Below, in pieces: positions 1 through 13,539 of a DNA stretch of 64,000 nucleotides (the first letter of the stretch is position 1; the number at the start of each line of letters is the position of its first letter). The notes below the pieces were generated by a model, which was not told the DNA's origin, did not search any database, and saw nothing but the letters and a program-made list of their open reading frames with translations. Source of the stretch: Saccostrea echinata (taxonomy: Eukaryota); the NCBI RefSeq assembly GCF_033153115.1, contig NW_026889759.1:12896001-12960000 (forward strand), in the 5' to 3' direction. The translations under genes and the position numbers were made by a program.

Positions 1-253
1 CTTTGACCCCTCTTAAATTTTTGCAGTAGCCAATTCATAATTTAGAATATTATTGGGAGCGTCCTGTAGATGTGCAATAAAGTTTCAAAGTTTTAATTTC
101 CACCCTGGGGCGGATTGGGGGTTTAAAAACTTTTTCTACAAAAAAAAGTGGTTCTCTTAACTCTTCTTACATTTTTCTCAGTAGCCCATTGATAATTTAA
201 AATGACTGGGAGTGTTTTGTAGATGTGCAATAAGGTTTCAGAATTTCGATTTC
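1..253 (-). mobile_element. Partial HINE-type element: ~155-160 bp satellite-like repeats, same family as 34292-36494
   Basis: Two degenerate units containing GTCCTGTAGATGTGCAATAA(G)GTTTC, the reverse complement of the GAAACCTTATTGCACATCTACAGGAC unit at 35.8-36.4 kb; truncated by the window edge. Confidence 0.65.
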
Positions 254-1299
254 GCAAACACCTTTGCAGTTAACCTTTTAAAGTTTTTGCGTGCAAAGTA
301 TTAAGCATAAAAAAAGTTTGTAGCTGTAAGAATTTATCTTTTGTTCAATGCGAAATATGTTTTTTTTTTTTTTTTGTATTTTTTTTTAAATGAGACTGTT
401 TTAGAGATGACTGTAAATACTGGCCCTTCTCCTATAATTGAGTTGTTTAAGTCTGACATTTCTAATATTGTTTTATATGAAATTCTACGTCAAACTGACC
501 CTTGTCAAAATATGAAGTAATATCTATCTATAATGAAATTCTTTTCTGATCATAAATCAAGTATAAATATTTCTTTTTAATAGGTTTGGATTTCACTGGC
601 CACCTTTTACGTCCGTGAACCACCTGCATTTACATGTTATATCCCCTGTATTGTCCATGAACTTTTTATCAAGACTAATATTCCGTGAAAATTCCTACTG
701 GTTTGTGACGGTAAATAAGTCAATTAAATCGTCAAATTATTCCAAATTTTAATCAAAATTTAAATTTGATATTCAAAAGACTTTATAAACTTTTGGTATT
801 TGCAGGCTAATTGGATGAGTAATCGGCTGAAAACAATGAAAAACGAATCGGCTGATAGGACCAAGGACCAGTCGAACCTATAGAAGACGTAAGTGTGAAG
901 AACATTAATCAAGGCCTTAGGAATTCGATAGATCCCCTGTGACCTTCAGAATGTGTCAAACTTTAATACCAAGTTCAATTAGCTTCGAACACGAATGAAA
1001 TGTCAATGATATTATCTAAAAATTACGTGATTATGAAGAATAAGAAGTACAGTGTATTCGGTCCTTAAGTATAGGAGTTTCGCTGCTGAAGACTTCTTTT
1101 GTTAATGTCAGGAATGATTGTTATATATTGTACTTTAAATTGATTATATTTTAAGTTGTTTTATTGTATGAACTATATAGTGAACGTTGATGTATATGCA
1201 AGTAAATTAATAAATGAAACAACGGAATCTTGGTTTTGTTGGGCAAACAAGATTAATGATAACTGAAGTCCCATAACAGGGACTTCTAAAAAGGAAGCA

Positions 1300-2330
1300 G
1301 AACCAAAAACCTAAAATTCTAGAGGGAAAAAGCATGTCGTATGAATAAAGTTATGACATCCCAGATAGTAAGGTATTTATCTTAAGTTCTAAGCAAAATC
1401 TTATCCACAGTTCTAACAAAATCTTATCCACAACTACATGTATAATATCTACTTGTAAGTTTTGTCGAATACATATCTCAAATTATTTTATATATTTAGA
1501 CAGACTTGAAATATTTTAAGTTCTTGAGTGAAGAAAGTGGTTTGATGATAGGAAATTAGTAAAATTTGCGGTCCACCATCGTAAAGTGAATTAAATGTTT
1601 TGCGTACTTTATATAGCACGAAAGGAAAACAAATTGGAAAGGTCACAGAAATAAAGTGAAACAAAAGAAGATCATAGACGGAAGAAATATTCTTTGTATT
1701 TACCATGTATACATGTATAATTGATGAACAGAAAAAGCTCAATCTTAGACTTTTATCATGTAAATTAGGGATGGAACCTTTGTGTGTACTTTTTGTCAGG
1801 AAAGGTCTGTTGTTGCTTTTGTTTAAGCTCATCTACGTCTGAGGGATCGTTGATTAATGTGCAGATTTATTTTTGAATTCTTTTAGTTCTGAAGAAATAC
1901 TAAAGGAATCATCTCTCTAGACATAGTAGCCTCTTAATGTGGGCGAAATCATCTCTAGGTTAACCATTGTCAAGGCTTGCCATGCTATATACTTTACATT
2001 CACATTAGAATGATTTACCACGAATTTTACACAACAGAAACGCTTGTCTATGTGTAAAATTGGCAGGTAGTCGTTTTGGAGTAACAAAAAAGTTTGTCTC
2101 TTTAAAGTTAGGGAATTGCAACTCCTTTGATTTTTGACATCTTCTTGATTGAGTAATACGGGAATTTACTAGAGAATGGACACCAGAGTTCGTACCTGCC
2201 ACAGGGTATTTGCCACATTCCTTCAAAATGATGTAGAACTAGACAGTTCAAACGCCCTATCTGATAAGGTAGTCATTATTTCCACGCGCATTTTAAACAT
2301 CTAGAAAAAAAGATGACCAGGTACGTAACC
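1300..2330 (-). pseudogene. Possible decayed LRR / Toll-like receptor pseudogene
   Basis: Minus-strand translation with frameshifts gives RGN/MTTLSDRAF (LRR-like), then IRGKSF*CEC..QWL (LRR C-cap-like), then a hydrophobic stretch and weak TIR-like fragments; many stops. Confidence 0.3.
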
Positions 2331-2877
2331 TGCAATGTTCTCAAACCGTGGTTTTATTTCTACTTATTTTCACATACTGATAATCTTGATTTATCATCTA
2401 GATTATTTAATAGAGTAGAGTTAATTAGTTATCCTAAATGAGAAAAATTCCATATTAAACAATTTAAACTTATTACCAGTGCAGTTTTAGATATCCATTG
2501 ATTAAGAGATATGCTGTAAATTTTTCATGTTTTGTTCTTTCTTCTCAAAATTAATTTTATTTGAATTTATTTAATTTTACATTTTTTGTTAAAATAATTG
2601 GATTAGGCAGCAAGCATTACCTGTATGAGTATTTTCTTTAAAATTAAAATTACTGGAACAGTATTCACAATACTTGTTTTTGATAACAAAGATGCAGTAA
2701 GCAATTGTGGATGCTTGTTTCAGGAGCTCAGACATGACGTCAGTAAGTTCAAATTATATAACCAATGTAAATATTAAGAACTTATTTAACCCATGAATGA
2801 CAAACTACTTTTTGCATCTTTTCCCTCTATGCAACCGCAAACTAATGGCTTTAATCAAGTACAGATACAGGATAATA

Positions 2878-3402
2878 TAACTTTATGATAAACGTGACTT
2901 CACTTTTCCTATTGTCAACTCCCGTTATTTATGTACCAATATATCATAATGATTATCACTTGCATATGGAGTTCATGTCTCCCAGTCGATTTGATACGCA
3001 AGAACATGCTCTACGTTAGAACAATTTTTAAAACGAGGCAAGCTATTGACAACTAAATTGATGGTACAAAGATATCACCTGTCTCGTTTAAAGTCAACAT
3101 TTCGGAAATTCTATGGTCGATACAAAGACCTTGTCAGCAAATACAATCAGTCGTAAAAATTGAATGTTGACCGACTTTTTCATACAACTTTTTAGGCCAT
3201 TATTTTCATACTGAATTGTCTACGGATTTTTCCGTTTGCCCGATTATGACAAGGAGCACACGGCGGGTGTAACCGGTCGACAGGGGATGCACCTGATCCC
3301 ACCTCTGAAGTTTTTCTTGAGGTCCGTGTTTGCTCTGCTCCCAATGTGTATTGTTTCAATGACTTTTGATTTTTTTTTTGACTTTTTGTTCGTTATCTTC
3401 AT
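2878..3402 (+). mobile_element. Penelope-like (Naiad-type) retroelement 3' fragment, subfamily 1
   Basis: Decayed RT C-terminus (LYDKRD..F; FRKFYGRYKDLVSKYN) followed by the conserved 3' motif, which carries a ~15-nt internal deletion. Confidence 0.8.
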
Positions 3403-3559
3403 AGATCACTCCTATCACAAAATGTGCTTTAAGACAGAGAAATTTATGTAGTCTTGTTTTATTGTCAGAATACCAATTTTCACTATACCGTCTATGATTT
3501 TGTTGACAAAGACAGGGTATATGTACATTTCAAAATTTTTTTTAACCTTACATGCTTTT

Positions 3560-4430
3560 ATGAACAAATTCTGGAGGTTGAATCATATTATCAAAAGTAT
3601 TGAGAATTTTTTTTATCAAATTTATTTTTAGAATCTTTACACATAGCTTAATTAAAAATAAAAAAAAAATGGGGGTCAATGCGCTTCTTTTGGTCATACA
3701 GAGCATTTTAAAATATGACCTTTTTGCCTGTAATTACGTCTTACACATAAACCAATTTTTCAAAGTTTTTCCTCCTATTTTTTATCCAAATAAATCACGT
3801 GAACAAACACAGTTTTTTTTTTCATCTTAATAGTCACATTAAAATTTCTGACAACAAAAAAGTTTCATATTTCTACGCATAGTCAAATATTTGACCTTTT
3901 TGCACTCAAAAAATAAATTGGGCTATTTTTCCCCTGGACTCTCACAATATATTTGCTATATTTGTAAAATATCATGATGGAATTCATGACAGTTAATTTG
4001 ATATATGATTTAGGACCAGCATAAAATATTTCACTGCACAAAATAATTCTGTGCAGTCTGCGTGTAAAAATAGGAATTCAAACTTAACAATACTGTAATT
4101 ACTTCGAAAGAGAAAAATTGTTTATGTTCTTCTAAATAACCTTCAGCCACAAAATACATTGCCTCACTTAATTCTTTCGGTATGGAATTTAATCATGGGG
4201 TCTTAATTGAATATAAACATCTAGTTTAATTAGCATTGTAGAATCCAAATATTGTAAGAACTACAACATTATGCAGAATTTTTTAAAACAAGAGGTCAAA
4301 TCAAAAATCTGCTCAAAAGCTCAGGAACGAACCTCTAAAAATGCTTATTTTTGAAGGAAACATAATGCCTCTAAACAAAAAGACAAACAAAAGATATGGT
4401 AAATTTTGCAAAATTATAGATTTTATTTTC
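3560..4430 (-). mobile_element. Degenerate relative of the Kolobok-like MITE at 60644-61569
   Basis: Shares GTGCAAAAAGGTCA and CAYTGACCCC blocks in reverse orientation; termini not identifiable. Confidence 0.4.
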
Positions 4431-4837
4431 ATGATTGATATTTTTAGTTTGTAATACTTAGATACCCCCCCCCCCCCCCCCACTTGGCACGAATAACAGC
4501 CTTGATGCGACTAGTCATGTGGTGGGTTAAGTTTGACAGAGAATATTTGAAATTGAGTATCATTCCTGCTGGATTGCCTCCTACATATTATTTTAGTCGA
4601 TTGCATGTTCTGAGCCAGAGTCTTCTTTATTCAAATCAAGACTATTTCCTGACCACGAAAGGGTAGAACCTGCATCGTGTTTTAGAAATTCTCTGTGCTT
4701 TATGAGTTATGGCACTGTGCCAAGTTCTGTTGAAATACAAATAATTATCTGGAAACTAACAGGTACTAAGCAAAAACATGATAGTAGCATCTTTCAGAAT
4801 CTAATTCTGACGAAAGTTGAAAATAACAAATAAATAA

Positions 4838-5174
4838 GGACATACGCAACGTAGTTTGAACTTTACTGTCTTTTTCCCTGGAGTTGAAGAGTTCCAATAC
4901 TTAAAGGAACTGTGTGCTACATTTTATTGTCTATATATGCTATTGTGCACTTCTTCTAGAACAAGTTTGGATAAACAAAACATCTAAAATATATGTTTAA
5001 TAATTTTTGTAAATTTTTCTCTGAATTATACAAGAATTTCCATCATTTGATATCTTTTCAAAAACCCTGGTAATGCATTCTGATTTTATGTCTACAAACA
5101 TCTGATGGCACTATTATCTGAAATTAAGAATATCTTGAAAAATTATCAGCAGGTAAAGTACGTTGCGTATGTCC
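4838..5174. mobile_element. MITE with perfect 16-bp TIRs (Kolobok-like)
   Basis: GGACATACGCAACGTA ... TACGTTGCGTATGTCC; flanks ATAA/TCAC are at best a decayed TTAA target. Confidence 0.7.
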
Positions 5175-5722
5175 TCACAAGTATATACTGAAGCAAACAA
5201 AAAAAATGACTTTGGAACCCACCCACCCCCCTAGAAAACGTAGACCCCACCATCACCACCACGAAAGAGGTGTTTTTCACGGTTGGGAAATGATATTTAC
5301 GTTTTTAAACGTAAAATTTAAATTTAAATTTTTGGGTTGGAGTTTTTTTCACTGGGAGTGGATTCCTCCTGGAAGAAAATCCTGGTCCGCGCCTGTAGCA
5401 TGCCTAGTTGCATTAAAGCTTTGGGGGCAAACAGGGAGTAACCATTTATTACAAAGTTATCAATCATGACTATAAAATTTATAATAATTTTGCAAAATTT
5501 ATAATAGCTTTTATTTGTCTTTGTTTAGAAGCATTATATTTCTTTCAAAAATGTGCATCTTATTTGTTCACAAAAAACTTGTAAGGTTACAAAGATTTTG
5601 GAGCTGTGCAGTCCGTAAAGGTAAAAAGCGAACTATGGTAATGTTTAGGTTTGAAAAGTATAACAAAGTTGTATCAAATGGATATTTAAGGTACATTTTG
5701 TAGCAAAAACAATACCCAAAAG

Positions 5723-5723
<1 letters not shown>

Positions 5724-5781
<58 letters not shown>
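5724..5781. repeat. (TA)n microsatellite
   Basis: Uninterrupted TA run. Confidence 0.98.
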
Positions 5782-5784
<3 letters not shown>

Positions 5785-7983
5785 AAAATATCTTTTATGC
5801 TGAAGAAAACCCATTTTTTAAATCTTAAGACCACGCCTATTTAGTAGAGATAATTTAATATTATTATATCAATGTTTAAAAGTCCATGGGAGTAAGGCAT
5901 TCTGATATTTCCAAATATTGCACAAGTGTCTTGACGCAAAAAGGTTGTAAACTACATTTAAAAAAAACCTTAGGTGCATCCGATAGTCATTTTTTTAACG
6001 TCATTCTTCTTCTTTTTTACTGCATAGTGAATAAACAGTGCTGGGGTCTCATTGTAAGAACTAGGACTATTAATTTGGAATGGAAGGTTGTGAGAGAATG
6101 ATTGATGATAATTAATGTAACGTCTCAACATCGTCATCATTACATGAAACCCAAAAGGAAGTGCCGTGTCGTACCAACAGAAGTCCCTCGATCCTTTGAC
6201 ATGTAGCTTAACCTTCCATGGAACCCCGTGTGAACCATCAGCGAGTATATAGCAGAAAACAAGTGCTTTCAAATATTTTTTTATGCATGGAAAATTTTGA
6301 TTAGCTATTTGAAAAAATAACATTTTCATTTCAGTCAAATTTTTCAGAATTTGACTGTTGAGTGTTCACTTGTATCACTTAGAAATTAAATATTTTCCAC
6401 AGAATGGCATGCTGGAAAGTAATGCTTTCTTCCTCTTTCCGCATAACTTTACAACTAAAAAGAGGTTGTTTGTTTTCTTTATGTTGTATTTTAGAATCTA
6501 AATATGGATATTTGTAACAATACAAAAATAGTCTAAAATGATAGAGCACCAGAACACTTGCAGATTGTTAATTACAATATTAATTTCTTTATTTTTTCAC
6601 ACCCATAATCAATCATTTATTATTTTATGTATAATTAAGACATACGAACAAATAAAAAAGATTTCTAAATTATGTAATTTCATCGGCCAATAGAGAAAAA
6701 TAATCCATGCTACGAGACTAACCCAGCGCAAGCATGATTCTTTCAAAACGTATCCTTAACGTTGATTTATATCGTGCCGCTCTATTGCTCTCACCAAACT
6801 TCCGGGCTCTACCTAGGTCCAAGTGACACAACCTTAAGTTGATGAATAGTATATACATATCTTTTAATCCCAACGTATTTTTTACTATATTGAGATTTAT
6901 GTTTCTTGCCAGAATGAGAGTTTTAGCTCTTTTATCAAGTAGTTAATTTGTAAATTAGCATCTTCATTAAGGGCAGACACACATCAGCTGGTTTGCCAAT
7001 CACACTGAAGAAGTTCACATCTGCATAAGGAACAAAACAAGAACGCTTATCTGCACTTAAATGTACTTCTGTATTCCTTATATATTTTTTTTTTGAGAGG
7101 AGGTGGGGGGGGGGTCTTGGATCACTTAGTTACAGATTACGCCATATCATTCTCTTTCTCTTTAAAACACTTTTTTCAAAAGGCCCTCCACAGTTTTGGT
7201 AGGATTCTTTAAAAAATTGCTAACAATAAATCTAACTACATACTACATCAATGTGCACATTTCTGTTTATTACTATTGTTTACTATAAACATTGTTACCG
7301 CTGTTGCAAACAAAAATTACAAATCTTTTAGATTAATTCAAAATTTCACTCAGACTGTTGTTTTTGGCCGATTTTGATAAGTTCTGGAAAACAGTGTACA
7401 TAATTTAGTGCTAGTATATCATTTCTTGATTTCGATAAACGTTGTTGCCATTTTTATTGATAACTACTAAAAAAGTTAATCTATAGAAATGCTACAGTTG
7501 TACTCTTCTTTGAGGTTTTGTCTATGATTATAAATCATAGAGCAAAGCAAATATCGAGTACATACACGTTTGCTGTGATACATATTTTCTAATTCGCTTT
7601 AAAATTAGATTTCGATGAATTGTTGTGTCTGTAAATGAAATATAATTATCTTTTATTAAAATTTTAAGGCCATATTCCTCCTACAGTTCTTGTTTAATTT
7701 AAATAAAAACTAGTACTCTTGTACTTTTGAGAAAAATAAAAGCTTTAAAAGAAACATTATGTTAATTTTGCATATTTTCTCCTTGACTATTTTAAGTTCA
7801 ACCATTAGGAGCTAATATCATCGGAGCCTTTTTTAATTTTGATTTGTAAAGGATCAACATAAGAAAATGTGTTTTCCTTTACTTGTAAATGCTTTTATTG
7901 CTCAGTTTCGATGTGCATTTTACATTATAAACTCAACAAATGAAGTCATATTAAAAGAACTAGTTTATAAGAGAGAGATGAGA

Positions 7984-8176
7984 GATTCTTCCGTTATTTC
8001 CCGAACATGACAAGGAGAACACGGCGGGTGTGACTGATCGGCAGGGGATGCTCACTCCCCCCCATGGCACCGGATCCCACCTCTGATGTTTTTGCAGGTC
8101 CATGTTTGCTCTGCTATCGATCTGTATTGTTTTAATGGACTTTGAGCTTAAAAACGTCGTTATCTCAATATTTCAT
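7984..8176 (+). mobile_element. Solo 3' end of the Naiad-type element, subfamily 1
   Basis: Aligns with 19760-19951, including the structured motif and the terminal TTTCAT; no RT sequence upstream. Confidence 0.8.
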
Positions 8177-8334
8177 GCAAGGAATAGGAAGTCCATCCTC
8201 AATTATATTCCTTTTATTTCAGGAAAAATATAAATATTCAGGAAAATAAATAAGAATGGAACCAGTACCTGAAACACTGCAAGGTAGCTAACCAATGCAA
8301 ATACGTATATATTTTTGATTTTCAATACATGTTA

Positions 8335-8977
8335 AAACAAGTGTCCCATGGGCCTTGATTGTCACCTGAGTATCATGAGTTTTCAGGCCATGACAGCTTT
8401 GGATTCACCGAAAACTGGTATGAACTTATAAAACAAAAAAAAAAACACTGTTTGAAGAGGATCATAATCATGCACCTAGTCTCCTAGAAGTTCAGGAGCA
8501 AAGAAAAAAACGGTTCATTATTTCATAAATTTCAATGCAAAATCTGACCTATCCAATAGAGATTTTCAAAGGTGTAATGTATTTACAACATACAAACATA
8601 GCCACACACTGGGCTAAAACGCTGAACCCAAGAGGCATAAATATTATGATTTTTATTAAAGCCCAGATGTTTGTTATAATCATGCAAATAATATAATAAG
8701 TTTGCTCATTAGATGTCATTTTAGGCTCTAGAGAGGATTTTTTCAGAGTTTTAAAGTATGATCGGGTTTTCAAAAAATTCTGTTAATCAATTTTTATTTC
8801 ATTTAAATAACTAAAACAACTTATAAGCTAACAAAAAAACCATAAAAGACACACAACACCATGGTTATTTTCATTCAATATGTCTAGGCTTACAAACCCT
8901 TCAAAATTAAACAACCAATTTTTAACACAGATAAAAAATATTAACAATAGGTCACCTGAATTTCTCATTTGACCTAC
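8335..8977 (+). mobile_element. HINE / non-autonomous Helentron-like element, degenerate
   Basis: 5' AACAAG..CCCATGGGCC..GTCACCTGAG and 3' GGTCACCTGA...TGACCTA hairpin remnant. Confidence 0.55.
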
Positions 8978-11535
8978 AATAACATATGTACTATAATCTG
9001 AATCTGAGGATTAATGTTCACATTTTTTTCATTCTCCTTTCTCACTCAAAAGATAGTGTTCTTATATCACAATACACATACGTGTACATGTATATGCCAC
9101 CTTTAGAATAAAATTTTGACCGCATATGTATTTGGTTGTTCGTCGTAGGATGCGTTACTGACGCACATTCACAATGTATACTTGTATCACTAAAGAACAA
9201 GCATATGAGAAAGGGAGTCGGAACACCTGTTAGCGCTGTAATTACTTGAAGACATTTTAGTCATTTGAAGACTTTCTAAAGATGTTGGTTCTCCTCAGTA
9301 GTTGGGGAAATCGATTGAGGACAAAATTAAAGAGGCGCCTTTTGCCCCTATACATCCTGTATAGAAAAAAATTTCAGGGTTAGCGGAAGTGTCATCATAT
9401 ATTCCAAAATAGGAATAGTTGTCTTAATTTATTGGAGAGAACATGCTAATGACGGATAATGAGATAGTTTGATGTACATCTAATACTAAAATTAACAATT
9501 GCAGACGAATATATTTTGATTTTATTGTTTACTAAGTCCAGCTGTTAAACGTACATCAAATAAAAACATAGANNNNNNNNNNNNNNNNNNNNNNNNNNNN
9601 NNNNNNNNNNNNNNNNNNNNNNNNNNNNNNNNNNNNNNNNNNNNNNNNNNNNNNNNNNNNNNNNNNNNNNNNNNNNNNNNNNNNNNNNNNNNNNNNNNNN
9701 NNNNNNNNNNNNNNNNNNNNNTCAAGATACATTTAGTATTGTAATATCTAAATATTAATTCTTGTTTTAATTTTGTAATGTATCAGAATTAATATCATTA
9801 ATATCGAAGCTCTAGAAGTATCTCCATTTATGCAAAAATCGTTTACATTATTTAACGAGCCTGATTCAGAAAATGAATTGTGCGTGAATGTAGCAGATTA
9901 AAACACATACTAACATTAACTTTTGTTCTATACATAAATCGAAGAACATACATATATTTATTATCTCTTTTATTCAAAGTTTGCTTTCAATAAAAGTAGG
10001 CATAGTTTTAAATTTGGCCCCTCTTTTAAAGGAATTTTCCTCATTGCTTGAACATTTTGAATGGACTATTTGAAATTTGAAGGAGCTAAAGCAAGTCCAT
10101 ACTTTGATTCGTTAACGTCAGTTACAAGCTAGTGTTCGTGATTATGGAAGTTACCCAGCACAGGCTCTTTTAGCACCATGTACATAAATGTCGGAAGATA
10201 TTAATTTCGATTTAGCCCGTAGGTTCCTTAAAATGAATGCCAACAAAGGAATAGACGCTGTGAACAGTACTAACATTCTTAATCATAAAAAAGTTTAGAC
10301 TTGCATTCCACCATATTTAAAGTTGAAATCTACACCCTGCATTTCCTACAGATATTCCCAAACTGTTTCTTCCAAACTTTTCAATTATAACTACTACCTT
10401 GTATTGCCTAGTTATTGAACATCTAAAACAAATTCCTCTAAGTGTTCTTGCTCTTCTTCGTTTTTCAACTATAGTCCCATTGGTGATGTAAATTTAATTG
10501 AAAATGACGACCTAAAAGATACCATTTTTAAAAGGTCCTAAATACACGGAGCCCCAATCTTTCATTTGTGAATTCTGTCGAGGATTTTGTCAGAGGATAG
10601 GCGAAACATAAAGAGGAAGACCTAAATACTTTGCCACAATGCATTACTAGTAAGTCTTTTAGAAATATTTTAAAGAATCATATCAGGAAGTTAAAAGGCA
10701 TAATGCAAACCAAATATCCTTCCGTTTTCACTACATCGGAAGTGATAAAAGAATAAGAAAGACTACATGTACAATATGTTATGGTTCCAGCAGGAAAGAC
10801 TTGTAACAATATCGTCTTTGTTTGTAAGACTCGTTATTACAACTGTATTTTTGAAGGACTTAGATTAAATTTTAAATGTGGAAATCCAATCTATAGTTCC
10901 CTTTCTAATGATGATTTCCTAGACAACTGCTTCTTCAATAAAACTGATTTAAATTTTACATGTTGAAATCCAACCTATAGTTCACTTTCGAAGGATGAAA
11001 TTCTTTAAAATCATATTTCAGTCTACACTCCAGTCAAGGAGTGATTTCAATCTACCCTACTTATATTGGATTTCTAAACTTCATAAAAATCATGAAAAAA
11101 TACACTGAGGCGCCTATATTTTCTCTTCACAAAAATATTAACTGCTGTAAAGGAGAGACTTCAGACATACAGTGCTATAGCATATCCGAGAAGAGGTGTA
11201 AATCAGATGTGGATTCTCAAAAATGTCAAAGAACTTTTAGAAAATTTAAAATCGCAAAACTTTTAAAAAGTCAATAATATCAAAACACGACTTTCCGATA
11301 CTTTATATAACTATTTCTCATGATAAATTAAAAACTAGGCTTTTTGATATCCTAGACAACTGCTTCTTCAATAAAAACTGGAACTCTGAAATTATTCATA
11401 TCTTGTGAGAGGTCATCTAAAAATTAACTTTGTAAAAATTCACTTTCATGCTATACGTCAATACTCTGAGGTGATATTAAAAGGATGTCGAAGTTCATTG
11501 CAAACCTCTGTGTAGTCTTTGGAAACTGGGCTCAG

Positions 11536-11655
11536 GGGCCATATATAAACTTAGATGAGCTCACTTTTGAGGTCGGTCTCAATTTTTCACTATGAATTTC
11601 TTTTGTGAAAGCAAGACAGATGTTATACTTAGATCGGCTAAGTTTTATAGGCCCG
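11536..11655. mobile_element. Small MITE-like insertion inside the RT (possibly PIF/Harbinger-like)
   Basis: Imperfect inverted ends GGGCCATATATAAACTTAG / CTAAGTTTTATAGGCCC; interrupts VVFGNQDFQQS. Confidence 0.45.
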
Positions 11656-12097
11656 GAACCAGGATTTCCAACAATCTGTTGGAATTGCAGTGGACATTAA
11701 TTGTGCTCCTTTAATAGCCGACCTGTTTTATATTCCTGTTAAGCAGATTTTATTCCAGAAACTTTTACATGAGATGAAGGAAACACGCTGTGGCATTCAA
11801 CGCGACATTAAGATAATTTCGACGGTGTTTTATCAATTAATGATACTTATCGACTCGATATATCCCAGTATCTCGAAATTAAAGACACCACAGAGTCTAC
11901 CACATCTGATCATATCTGGATGTTTTACTGACTTATAACTAGACTGTACGCTAACCAGATGACTTCATCTTTCCCATCGTCATCTTTCCTTATTTATGTA
12001 GTAATATTCAATTTTCACTTGCATATGGGGTTTCCGTCTCCCAACTTAATCTATATTCAAAGGCTGCTCTGAGTGCGATCAAGTTTTAAACCGAGAC

Positions 12098-13539
12098 CAG
12101 GCAGGGGGTCAATTAGAATAGGAAAGTAAATAATTAAATTACAATTACTTGCTCAAAACCTTCAATTAAATTACCATTACAAGGATTTTGAAGTGTAATT
12201 AACCAAATTACAATACTTTGCAAATGTAATTGATTAAATTACAAATTACATTTTAAGAAAACACTTAAATAGATAGTCATGAACGTTCCTTCATATTCAT
12301 ATCAGACTCAATTACTCAGACTCAGTTACAACATTTTTTTTACCTAAACATTATTTAAATGTTTATGAATTGTTCAAATATTGTGTCCCCTAACCTATAC
12401 ATCTTTAACATTTGAAGATTTTCTTGAAGATACTTTCCACTGGGGCATTTGTGAAAGGAATAAATAGATAATGACTAGTAGCAAATTTACTCATGTTTGT
12501 ACCGTGATCCATATGTGTTACAAAATTTGATGTTATTTTTAGCTTTATGATATATTTATGTAAAATAATGGATGCATTTTGCTTTGGTGTTTCCTTTTTT
12601 CAGCATTCTAACGTATATCTCAAACTGTTGGTATTTGACCTATTATGTGTCAAACTATCATTAGGCAAAGTCGAAATAAGATATCTATTAAAATTCAGTG
12701 TACAACTGTCAACTAAGACCACTAAATTAACACTTGTTAATCACTTCTAACACAAGCTGTAAAGAAAGGATTAGAAGCTGGACTAAGTGTTTTAATTGTC
12801 AATTCATAATCAATTTAATCAAAATTATTTATTCTATATATACATTATACACAGGAAAATTATTTTGATTTAAAAAAAAAATTTAAAGAGGAAACAACAA
12901 TTCATTAAAAAGGGGAAATATGTAAATTCCCTTAAAAAATTAACCATCAGTTTTGTCCAAAAGATCAGTAAGGACAGATAATACAATCAAACTTCTTCAA
13001 AAAATCATGAAAATAACAACGTTAGTCATACATGTATTTATATAAGTAAAATGAATAAGTCTAACTACATAAATTTTACTTTTCATTCAAATTTTCACAA
13101 TAATGTTCTGTAAAGTTATGAAATTTTGCACAGATTTATAAAGGTAATGGCAAAAAGGTAAAATTTTAAACATTAGAGAAGGTTTACAATTTCTTAATAT
13201 TTCAGAAATGTGATATTTGGTTCATTTACAACCAAAATATGTCCAAAGACATGTATCAATCCAGGCATCGATTTGTTTGTTTGTATCATCTGTCCGTAAG
13301 CTGTCTTCAAAAGTGTGTATGGGGGGAGGGGTGGCTTCTCTTTCATTCATTGAGCATCAGCGTAATTGAATGTGATTGAAAAGTCATTGTGAATCACATG
13401 CCTTTTCTCAAAAGTATTGTAATTGATTAAATTAAAATCACATGTATATGAAAATTTGGCAAATTACACATTACTTTCAAATACGTCGACATTTGTAATT
13501 AATTACTGTCAATTACACATTACCATTACGCCAGCCAGG
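12098..13539. mobile_element. Non-autonomous hAT-like DNA transposon inserted in the Naiad RT
   Basis: Perfect 8-bp TSD ACCGAGAC (12090-12097, 13540-13547); CAGG start; AATTAC-rich subterminal repeats; removing it restores NRDRLLTNKL. Confidence 0.8.

Noticed and set aside
9573-9721. N runs (also 18783-18918, 24108-24254, 34910-35074, 59583-59727)
   Set aside because: Assembly gaps, not biology; adjacency across them is uncertain.
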